NCBI GenBank assembly: GCA_045660545.1 | Contig: JAZREA010000021.1 | Span: forward strand, 2,511-66,510 | DNA length: 64,000 nt | Origin: Clostridia bacterium | GTDB lineage: Bacteria > Bacillota > Clostridia > Monoglobales > Firm-18 | Reading direction: 5' to 3' | In this document: one piece after another, positions 10,069 to 17,818 of the stretch | How positions within the stretch are numbered: the first letter of the stretch is position 1 | How the letters are laid out: every line of letters starts with the position of its first letter | Translations under genes and position numbers: made by a program | The notes under the pieces: generated by a model | What the model was told of the DNA's origin: nothing | The model's input: the letters and a program-made list of their open reading frames with translations, nothing else | Database searches by the model: none

Positions 10069-11247
10069 TTACTTTTTTGCCGGGCTGTATATATCCATAT
10101 ACTTTACCAAAGTTTCCTTTTTATCTAAAAGCAGATTTTCCTTTACTTTACTGCTTCCTTCAACAATCTTTTGGCACAATGCAGACAAATCGCCCTGTGC
10201 GACAATTGAATTTTCGTCTGCGCTTTCCACACTTCCGCCTGTTTTATATGTAATAACGGGCGTACCGCAGGCCTGTGCTTCCAGGTTGGTAGTAGGGTAG
10301 TTATCCTCATAAGTCAGGTTGACAAAAACATCTGCGGTAGTATATAACCCTGCAAGCTCACCAGTGTTGTTTGTGCCTGTTAATCCGATTATTGATTCGG
10401 GAAGTTCGTGTTTTTGTTTTTTCGTAAGTCCTACCAGCACAACCTGATAAGATTCATCAAGCATTTCCGACAAGCGTATAAAATCTAAAAGTCCTTTTCT
10501 TTCATTCCAGGCACTTGCAACGCCCAGCACGACTTTTTTGTCCTGCAAGCCATATTTTTCACGAAAATCACTGTCCGTCGGTTTAAAAACATCCAAATCC
10601 ACGCCGTTTGGAATCACCTCAACCGGATATGTACCGAGGAACGATTCTTTAACCAAATCCGCAAGCCACCTTGACGGTGTAACTATCTTCATATCAGCAA
10701 CAGAAGTAAAAAGCTCCTTTTTAATATTATAATTACGTTTTGAAGCATCAATAAAGTAGCTTGATGGATATGAGGTTTTCTGCGGACAATGCCCGCAAGC
10801 TTTATCCTTCCATCTTTCACATTTTGCATAACAAAAATGTGCACAATGTCCTGTAAACGGCCAGCAGTCATGCAATGTCCATATAACAGGCTTTTGGAAT
10901 TTGCTTAAATATTCAAACAAAACTTCTATATTTATATAATACCCGTGTATGTTATGCAAATGGACAACGTCGGGATTATACTCTTTTACCCATTCTATAA
11001 ATTCTTCGGTCGCTCTTTTGCTGCCAAAACCCATACCGTCAAAAAGCCTTGTTTTGAGCGCATGGTATTTTACATCCGTCTCATTTCCTATGCGCACCGC
11101 ATATTTTTCATATCCCTGCGGACAGTTGTGCCTGCCGTATGCAATTTTGCACTCATGTCCGTTATTATCTAATATCCCTGCGATATCTGTGCATATTCTG
11201 CCTGTACTGCGGATACCGCATACGGAATTAATCATCAATATTTTCAT
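10069..11247 (-). CDS. glycosyltransferase family 4-like; first gene of the minus-strand glycan operon
   Basis: 392 aa. N-terminus MKILMINSVCGIRSTGRI and C-terminal EDNYPTTNLEAQACGTPVITYKTGGSVE. Confidence 0.75.
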   Translation of the reverse strand: MKILMINSVCGIRSTGRICTDIAGILDNNGHECKIAYGRHNCPQGYEKYAVRIGNETDVKYHALKTRLFDGMGFGSKRATEEFIEWVKEYNPDVVHLHNIHGYYINIEVLFEYLSKFQKPVIWTLHDCWPFTGHCAHFCYAKCERWKDKACGHCPQKTSYPSSYFIDASKRNYNIKKELFTSVADMKIVTPSRWLADLVKESFLGTYPVEVIPNGVDLDVFKPTDSDFREKYGLQDKKVVLGVASAWNERKGLLDFIRLSEMLDESYQVVLVGLTKKQKHELPESIIGLTGTNNTGELAGLYTTADVFVNLTYEDNYPTTNLEAQACGTPVITYKTGGSVESADENSIVAQGDLSALCQKIVEGSSKVKENLLLDKKETLVKYMDIYSPAKK

Positions 11248-11640
11248 ATCATTTACACCCTTATATATTCTTAAAGCAGATACAAAAAGTCCATACAGAA
11301 GTCAAAACCCTAACCATTGATATAACATACCAAGCGCGATTATATCATTATTTATACTTTAACATAATTAACAAAAAAAATCAACATATTGTCAAACTTT
11401 TAGCAAAAGAAACAAGAAAGATTCAAACTTTTCGTGTTTTTGCATAATTTCGCAGCACACCACTTTGCTTCGAATCCAAAAAAGCCCATATATCAACAAA
11501 AATCAAGTGTTTATTTTGCCAAAAATTTCGTGCTCCTTTTTTGTATTATATTAATGAATCATATTAGTAATATGCAACCGGGGAGGAGGTTTTTTAATTT
11601 GCCGTTAATATGGTTTAAAAAAATAAAAAGGAGGAGAAAA

Positions 11641-12996
11641 ATGAAAAAAATCAAGGTGGAATATGAAAATTGCATAATTAAAGAATTATCTGAAAATTCA
11701 CTGTATTTCGAGCAGGAAAACAATTCTTTATCCATTGAGGCAAAAATCATAACCGACAAGTCTGTACGAGCGTACATAAAAGCATCAAACAACAACTCCG
11801 CCGTTACAGACGAGTTAACCCCAACCGACGGTATGTATAATGTGGAAATCGCCGACAAATATATGTCAAAAGGTACACTGTATGTCGGGTTCGAAATTTA
11901 CGACAACAACGGATATACAGAAAGATTAGAGCCGATAAAAATATATATCGACAGTTTTGTCTCGTTGGGAAAAGGAAGCGGAGATAACGTTTACGTTGTA
12001 ACTATGCAGGTGGACTCTGTGGAAACGCTGGAAAACGACCATGACGCATACGTAGAAAACGTAGGGACAAAAAAGGACGTCAGACTTAAATTCGGCATAC
12101 CAAGAGGCTCGCAGGGCATACAGGGCCCAAAGGGCGAGCAGGGGGATAAGGGAGATAAAGGAGACACAGGTGAAAAAGGCGAAAAAGGCGAGAACGGATA
12201 CACACCCCAAAAGGGTATTGACTATTACACCCCACAGGAAAAACAGGCTGTTGTAGATGAGTTGTCAGAAAACTTGGGAAGTATCGTAGACGAAAGGACG
12301 AAATCAAAGGCAGATATAATAACAAAGGTGTCGGAAACGGCAAAGTGCTTTTTGATAAACGACAGCTCCGAGGCCGAGGTTTCAAACATAGACGCACCCG
12401 ACGGCTGCCGCGTACGTATTTTCGGCAAAAACCTGGCCAACATAGAGCCGTTCTCTGCAGAAGGAAAAGGCGCAGGACATGTTGTAAAAGCTTTTGTGCT
12501 GGAAAACATTTTCCACGAAAAAACACAGTACACCATTTCCGTAAAGGCGGAGCCGTCAAACGTTACATACAACAGTGCCGGAAACCTTTTGTACACACAG
12601 ATTACCTACACAGACGGGTATACCGAATACGTTGGAATAACAGACGCCAACTACCAAAGCGGAAGGATATCAATAACAACTCTAAGCGGCAAAACTGTTG
12701 CAAGAATCGCAAACTTCAACGCACAGGCACGCTGGACAGGCGGTACAATGGCCATTTCAGAAATACAGCTGGAAATGGGCAAAACAGCAACTCCATTCGA
12801 GCAATACAAGCCCGTACAGGAGGTTACAACGCCCTACGAACAAGCGCCGTACACAAACTATCCGACAACTATGGTTATAAGTGATTCGGAATGCAGCGTA
12901 ACCTACAAGGCAGACACATCAAATGCTTTTAAAAACATGAATAACGAAATGGAAAAGCTAAGACAAGCAATTATCAATTTAGGAGGTAGTATTTAA
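11641..12996 (+). CDS. collagen-repeat tail-fibre / receptor-binding-like protein (phage-derived candidate)
   Basis: Start chosen at ATG 11641 behind AAAAGGAGGAG. 452 aa with 11 uninterrupted G-X-Y triplets (GSQGIQGPKGEQGDKGDKGDTGEKGEKGENGYT) between a beta-rich N-terminal region and a C-terminal globular region. Followed by an XkdX-like ORF. Confidence 0.7.
   Translation: MKKIKVEYENCIIKELSENSLYFEQENNSLSIEAKIITDKSVRAYIKASNNNSAVTDELTPTDGMYNVEIADKYMSKGTLYVGFEIYDNNGYTERLEPIKIYIDSFVSLGKGSGDNVYVVTMQVDSVETLENDHDAYVENVGTKKDVRLKFGIPRGSQGIQGPKGEQGDKGDKGDTGEKGEKGENGYTPQKGIDYYTPQEKQAVVDELSENLGSIVDERTKSKADIITKVSETAKCFLINDSSEAEVSNIDAPDGCRVRIFGKNLANIEPFSAEGKGAGHVVKAFVLENIFHEKTQYTISVKAEPSNVTYNSAGNLLYTQITYTDGYTEYVGITDANYQSGRISITTLSGKTVARIANFNAQARWTGGTMAISEIQLEMGKTATPFEQYKPVQEVTTPYEQAPYTNYPTTMVISDSECSVTYKADTSNAFKNMNNEMEKLRQAIINLGGSI
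12106..12204 (+). repeat. collagen-like (G-X-Y)x11 coding repeat
   Basis: Glycine at every third codon for 33 codons, with charged X/Y residues. Confidence 0.9.
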
Positions 12997-13173
12997 ATGT
13001 TTGATTTTTCAGAATGGTTAAAAGAAGGTATTATTGACGGATACAAAAAGGGCTACACTCCCTTTTGCAGAGTGACGGAACTTACAGCAGCGTATCTTTA
13101 CAAAGGCCAAATAACCGAACAGCAAGCGCTGGAAATTAAAGAGTCTTGCCCCGCTCCTTCGACAGAAGAATAG
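12997..13173 (+). CDS. small XkdX-like phage protein (58 aa)
   Basis: Not in the ORF track (under 60 aa). ATG directly follows the tail-fibre stop (TAAATG), with AGGAGG 10 nt upstream. Sequence: MFDFSEWLKEGIIDGYKKGYTPFCRVTELTAAYLYKGQITEQQALEIKESCPAPSTEE. Its size, its position after a tail-fibre gene and the ...GxITxEQxxEI motif resemble XkdX-family proteins. Confidence 0.45.
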   Translation: MFDFSEWLKEGIIDGYKKGYTPFCRVTELTAAYLYKGQITEQQALEIKESCPAPSTEE

Positions 13174-13181
13174 GGCAAAAA

Positions 13182-13210
13182 AGCTGTGGCAAATTCGCCA
13201 CAGCTCTTTT
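13182..13210 (+). terminator. intrinsic terminator of the tail-fibre/XkdX module
   Basis: AGCTGTGGC-AAATTC-GCCACAGCT stem-loop followed by CTTTT. Confidence 0.75.
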
Positions 13211-13217
13211 GTTATCC

Positions 13218-13487
13218 CTTATAACACGTGGGCTTGAAGGCGTTGCCGACAGTGACAGTCTGGACTGGAAAGGTCTTACCGCCCAGGACATAAGAGAAAG
13301 GGTAGTAAGCAGGGTTAAAAACGGCTCTATCGTACTGCTTCACAACGGAGCAAAAAACACTGCCGAAGCCCTGCCATCGCTCCTTTGCGACTTAAAAAAC
13401 AAAGGCTACGAATTTGTAACAGTATCACAGCTTATATACAAGGATAACTTCACAATCGACCACACGGGTATGCAGATACCAAAATAA
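13218..13487 (+). pseudogene. 5'-truncated polysaccharide deacetylase (NodB/PdaA-like) remnant
   Basis: Only the C-terminal ~85 aa are recognisable: DSDSLDWKGLTAQDIRERVVSRVKNGSIVLLHNGAKNTAEALPSLLCDLKNKGYEFVTVSQL. The catalytic N-terminal part is absent, and there is no RBS or credible start. Homology begins right after the module terminator. Confidence 0.6.
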
Positions 13488-13610
13488 TTTAAAAACCACG
13501 ATTTTTCCCATTAATTTCCTGATTAGGGCAGCACTTTATGTGGTGCCCTGACTGTAATTGCACAACATTTTGTGATTGTGAAAAAAATGTAATAAAATTG
13601 TAAAAAAGTA

Positions 13611-13673
13611 TTGATTTTTTTAAAAAAGTGGTATATAATAAAACCAAGTGGATGAATTGTGGTTTTTTGTGGT
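13611..13673 (+). promoter_or_regulatory. dcw promoter (TTGATT-17 nt-TATAAT, TG-extended) overlapping four GTGG direct repeats (MraZ-box candidates)
   Basis: TTGATT at 13611-13616 and TATAAT at 13634-13639. GTGG at 13628, 13648, 13659 and 13669, giving spacings of 20, 11 and 10 nt. Confidence 0.5.
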
Positions 13674-13699
13674 ATCTATTCCCAAAAGGAGGTGGCGAA

Positions 13700-14125
13700 A
13701 TGCTAGTAGGTGAATTTCAACATAATATCGACGCTAAGGGCAGAGTTATTATGCCTGCAAAGTTTCGCGACGAGCTTGGGGACAAGTTTGTTATCACAAA
13801 AGGTCTTGACAAATGTTTGTTTGTCTTTTCTCCCGAGGAATGGGAAAAGCTGGACCAAAAGCTTTCCGAGCAGTCCTTGTCAAAGGGTAGAAAAATCCAG
13901 CGTTTCTTCTACGGAAGCATGACGGAATGCGAGCTCGACAAGCAGGGCCGTGTCCTGATACCTCAAAGCTTACGCGCCTACTCTGAAATAGGAAAGGACG
14001 TTATAATAGTTGGCCTTACCAAGCGCGCAGAAATATGGAGTAAGGAAGAATGGGACAAGCAGAACAATGAGTTTACCGAAAACTCTGACGATGTTGCTCT
14101 GCAAATGGAGGACCTGGGAATATGA
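13700..14125 (+). CDS. mraZ: transcriptional regulator MraZ
   Basis: MLVGEFQHNIDAKGRVIMPAKFR... with two SpoVT/AbrB-like repeats. Start placed at ATG 13700 behind AAAGGAGGTG. Confidence 0.9.
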   Translation: MLVGEFQHNIDAKGRVIMPAKFRDELGDKFVITKGLDKCLFVFSPEEWEKLDQKLSEQSLSKGRKIQRFFYGSMTECELDKQGRVLIPQSLRAYSEIGKDVIIVGLTKRAEIWSKEEWDKQNNEFTENSDDVALQMEDLGI

Positions 14126-15045
14126 CAGAGTTTTCTCACGTGCCCGTTATGCTTGACGAATGCATTAATGCTCTGTGCATAAAAAAAGACGGAACATACG
14201 TTGACGGAACTTTGGGCGGCGCGGGACATTCGCAGCACATCGCAAAGCAGTGTGCACACCTTATCGGTATAGACCGCGACAAAGAAGCCATAAAGGCCGC
14301 AAAGCAAAGGCTCGATGGCTATAACGTTACATACATTAATGACAATTTCAATAACATCATAAATATTTTAGACAGTTTGGGAATCGACAAAATCGACGGG
14401 GCTCTTTTGGATCTTGGGGTTTCTTCCCATCAGCTCGATACCCCCGACAGAGGGTTCAGCTACCGCTATGATGCCCCTCTTGATATGAGAATGAACAGCG
14501 AAGACGAGCTGTCCGCCTACAACATAGTTAACGAATATTCTGCCGAGCAGTTAGAAAAGATTCTCTTTTCCTACGGGGAGGAAAGATATTCAAAAGCCAT
14601 CGTAAGAAACATTGTTGAAAAAAGGCAGCTGTCCCCGATAAAAACTACGTTTGAACTTGCGGAGATTGTTAAAAGCTCAATCCCGTTTAAGACAAGGAAA
14701 GACGAAAAGCACCCTGAAAAGAGAGTTTTCCAGGCAATACGAATTGCAGTAAACGACGAGCTTTCCTCTTTGGAAAACACAATCAAGAACTTCTGCGAGC
14801 GTCTTGCTCCGGGAGGCAGAATCGCAGTTATAACCTTCCATTCGCTGGAAGACAGAATAATTAAAACGGCTTTTAACTCACTGGCACAAGGTTGCATTTG
14901 TCCCAAGGACTTTCCTATTTGCGTTTGCAACAACAAGCCAAAAGTTAAGGTGATTACCAAAAAGCCTATTCTTCCTTCGCCGCAAGAGCTGGTTTTAAAC
15001 AGCCGTTCGGCGAGTGCTAAACTCAGGATTGCAGAAAAACTTTAA
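14122..15045 (+). CDS. rsmH: 16S rRNA (cytosine1402-N4)-methyltransferase RsmH
   Basis: 307 aa with HVPVMLDECI, DGTLGGAGHS and DLGVSSHQLD motifs. ATGA overlap with mraZ. Confidence 0.92.
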   Translation: MTEFSHVPVMLDECINALCIKKDGTYVDGTLGGAGHSQHIAKQCAHLIGIDRDKEAIKAAKQRLDGYNVTYINDNFNNIINILDSLGIDKIDGALLDLGVSSHQLDTPDRGFSYRYDAPLDMRMNSEDELSAYNIVNEYSAEQLEKILFSYGEERYSKAIVRNIVEKRQLSPIKTTFELAEIVKSSIPFKTRKDEKHPEKRVFQAIRIAVNDELSSLENTIKNFCERLAPGGRIAVITFHSLEDRIIKTAFNSLAQGCICPKDFPICVCNNKPKVKVITKKPILPSPQELVLNSRSASAKLRIAEKL

Positions 15046-15066
15046 GTTTTGAAAGGAAAGATTTTG

Positions 15067-15531
15067 ATGTACATGCCTAATAGCTCAAGCAGTGCATATC
15101 AGCTCGATATGTATATAGAGCAAAAGCCTGACAAAAAAGAAGAGCTAAAAAAAGCTAAACAAAGAAAGCAAAAGGCCGCAAGGCGCAAGCTTATACTTTG
15201 TATGGCAGTGTTTTTTGCGGCGATGTTTATAATGTTGTTTAGGTACGTACGCATATACGACCTGCACAGCGACGTAAGCGCAAGGGCTGCAACGCTGGAA
15301 AAAATCAACATGGAAAACGAACACACCGCGCTCGAGATTGAAAGTCTTACCGACAAGGCAAAAATCCAGGAATACGCAGAAACCGAGCTTGGACTTAAAA
15401 AGCTTACATCAGCACAGATAGTCTACCTAAGTCCATCAAACGACAATTACATGAAAAACTTGGCAAAAAGTGACCGCAAAGCAAATGCGGTTAAAGGTAT
15501 TTTTGCGGGCTTTTTGGAATATTTGAATTAA
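15067..15531 (+). CDS. ftsL: cell division protein FtsL-like
   Basis: Small bitopic protein with a basic N-terminus, one TM segment and a coiled-coil. Position between rsmH and the PBP gene. Confidence 0.65.
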   Translation: MYMPNSSSSAYQLDMYIEQKPDKKEELKKAKQRKQKAARRKLILCMAVFFAAMFIMLFRYVRIYDLHSDVSARAATLEKINMENEHTALEIESLTDKAKIQEYAETELGLKKLTSAQIVYLSPSNDNYMKNLAKSDRKANAVKGIFAGFLEYLN

Positions 15532-15594
15532 TATGTAAATAGTATAAGAGGGGTCGTAGACTCCTCTTATAGTCATTTTTAATTGGGTGATAAA

Positions 15595-17805
15595 ATGAAA
15601 GAACGCACAACAATGGATATGAAAAAAAGAATGTTAATAGTGCTTTTGGTCTGCCTTGTCGGATTTTTGTACGACTTTGGCCATCTTGTGTACTGGCAGC
15701 TTTTGCGCGGTGGCGAAATGGCGCAGGCGGCGGTAGAACAACAGACAAGAGACAAGACTATAAACTCCAAAAGAGGCGCCATACTCGACAGAAACAACAA
15801 CGTTTTGGCGGCTTCTGTTTCTGTTGAAACAGTAACAGCTTCCCCTGTTGAGGTTCAGGACAACGACATCGGTGTCAAAGAAATTTCACTCTCTTTGGCA
15901 GAAATTTTGGACGAAGATTACGAATCGATATACAAAAAGCTTAACCAAAAGCTTTCCTACGTCGTAATCAAAAGACGTATCGACAAGCCTTTGGCAGACA
16001 AGGTAAGAAAGTACCTTAAAGACAATGACGTCTCAGGCTTTACGCTTGTAACCGACACAAAAAGATATTACCCATACGACAACTTAGCCTCTCACATAAT
16101 AGGCTTTACAGGTACAGACAACCAGGGGCTTTCGGGAATAGAGCTTGAATACGACACATACTTAAAGGGCTCGTCAGGACGACTTGTAACGGCCAAAGAC
16201 GCCGCAGGCAGCGAAATGCCCTTTGACTACGAGCGTTTAATCGACCCGGAAGACGGCCTTAACGTAGTTTTGACGATAGACGAAAATATCCAGAGAATAG
16301 CCGAAAAATATTTGCAGCAGGCTGTCGAGGAAAACAGCCTCGGAAACGGCGCGTGCTGTATAGTAATGCAGGTAAAGACGGGAGAAATATTGGCCATGAC
16401 AACAAAGCCCGACTTCGACCTTAACACCCCGTTTACCGTAACAAATCAGGAAGATTTAGACGAAATATCCTCTCTCCCCGAGGGCGAGGAAAGAACAAAG
16501 CTATACTCCGCAAAGCTCGAAAAAATGTGGAGAAACAAGGCGGTTGTTGACACATACGAGCCGGGCTCGACCTTTAAGATTTTTACATCCGCGATGGCGA
16601 TTGAAGAAAACCTTGTGTCCAGCAACGATATGTTCTATTGCAGCGGCGCATTGGCGGTCGGCAACTACAACATCCATTGCTGGAAACACGGAGGACACGG
16701 TCAGGAAAGCTTTGCAAAAGCGGTACAAAACTCATGTAACCCCGCTTTTATCGAAATAGGCGCAAGAGTAGGCAGAGAAAAGTTCTACTCCTACATGTCC
16801 GGACTGGGCTTTCGCGAAAAAACGGGCGTAGACCTGCCGGGCGAGGCTATCGGACTTATACCGCAATACGAAAGCTTTAACGAAGTAGAGCTTGCGACAA
16901 GCTCTTTCGGTCAGGGCTTTACAATTACTCCTATGCAGATGATTACGGGCGTAAACGCCATCGCAAACAACGGAATGATGGTCAAACCCCGTATTGTAAA
17001 ACAGCTTACCGACAATAGCGGCAACGTTGTAAAGGAATTCGAGCCTAAAAACGTACGCCAAATCGTGTCAGAAAGCACGAGCAAGCGCTTACGCGAAATA
17101 TTAGAGTCGGTTGTTTCAGAAGGCTCAGGCTCGGGAGCTTATATAAAGGGCTTCCGTGTAGGCGGAAAAACCGGTACTTCGGAAAAACTACCGCGAGGCA
17201 ATAACAAGTACATTGCTTCCTTCGTTGGCATAGCGCCGTCAGACGACCCCGAAATCGTGTGTCTGGTTATGCTCGACGAGCCGAACGGTATTTCCCACTT
17301 CGGCGGTATCATAGCTACACCGGTAGCGAGAAACATTATGGAAGAAACCCTTTTATACCTTGGCATAGAGCCGTCCTACACGGCAGAAGAGCTCGCAACC
17401 ATGGAAACAACAGTTCCCAACCTTGTCGGAAAGACAGTTGACCAGGCGAAGCAGGCCCTTTCAAGCGCCAACTTAAAATACAGCCTTGACGGAAACGGCG
17501 GCACAGTACTAAACCAGCTTCCAAAGGCAGGAGTAAAGGTTAACCAACAGTCAACCGTTATGGTATATACAGAAGAACAGATGAGCTCTACAACAACCGT
17601 TGTTCCAAACCTTCTTAACATGACGGTTAATCAGGCAGCAACGCTGATATCAGGCGCAAAGCTTAACATAAACGTACAGGGTGCAGGTTCTACCACCTCC
17701 AACGAGGCGGTGCTTTCATACAAGCAATCAATAGACGCAGGCACCACCGTGGAAATAGGCACGACAATTACAGTAGAATTCAAACGAATTGAGGCAGGAG
17801 AATAA
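15595..17805 (+). CDS. class B penicillin-binding protein (FtsI/SpoVD-type) with two C-terminal PASTA domains
   Basis: Transpeptidase motifs STFK (EPGSTFKIFT), SCN and KTGTS. Two PASTA-like repeats (VPNLVGKT..., VPNLLNMT...). Confidence 0.9.
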   Translation: MKERTTMDMKKRMLIVLLVCLVGFLYDFGHLVYWQLLRGGEMAQAAVEQQTRDKTINSKRGAILDRNNNVLAASVSVETVTASPVEVQDNDIGVKEISLSLAEILDEDYESIYKKLNQKLSYVVIKRRIDKPLADKVRKYLKDNDVSGFTLVTDTKRYYPYDNLASHIIGFTGTDNQGLSGIELEYDTYLKGSSGRLVTAKDAAGSEMPFDYERLIDPEDGLNVVLTIDENIQRIAEKYLQQAVEENSLGNGACCIVMQVKTGEILAMTTKPDFDLNTPFTVTNQEDLDEISSLPEGEERTKLYSAKLEKMWRNKAVVDTYEPGSTFKIFTSAMAIEENLVSSNDMFYCSGALAVGNYNIHCWKHGGHGQESFAKAVQNSCNPAFIEIGARVGREKFYSYMSGLGFREKTGVDLPGEAIGLIPQYESFNEVELATSSFGQGFTITPMQMITGVNAIANNGMMVKPRIVKQLTDNSGNVVKEFEPKNVRQIVSESTSKRLREILESVVSEGSGSGAYIKGFRVGGKTGTSEKLPRGNNKYIASFVGIAPSDDPEIVCLVMLDEPNGISHFGGIIATPVARNIMEETLLYLGIEPSYTAEELATMETTVPNLVGKTVDQAKQALSSANLKYSLDGNGGTVLNQLPKAGVKVNQQSTVMVYTEEQMSSTTTVVPNLLNMTVNQAATLISGAKLNINVQGAGSTTSNEAVLSYKQSIDAGTTVEIGTTITVEFKRIEAGE

Positions 17806-17818
17806 GGAGGCACAGGCA

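Noticed and set aside
11459-11495. A tRNA-like T-arm fragment (CTTTGCTTCGAATCCAAAAAAGCCCA) that could be a phage att-site remnant of a tRNA 3' end.
   Set aside because: The conserved G53-C61 closing pair is broken (C TTCGAAT C). No complementary acceptor 5' strand or anticodon arm lies upstream. The match is too short to separate from chance.
12086-12884. Several long overlapping ORFs (12086..12559 minus, 12225..12596 minus, 12345..12884 plus) inside the tail-fibre-like gene.
   Set aside because: They are alternative frames of a well-supported CDS. Their translations are Arg/Cys/Pro-rich low-complexity sequence without RBSs, so they are frame artefacts.
13146-13487. The track ORF treated as an intact 113-aa gene starting at ATG 13146.
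   Set aside because: Its first 25 or so codons run through the XkdX-like ORF's 3' end and the terminator hairpin, with no RBS. Only the C-terminal part resembles a deacetylase, so it is annotated as a truncated remnant instead.
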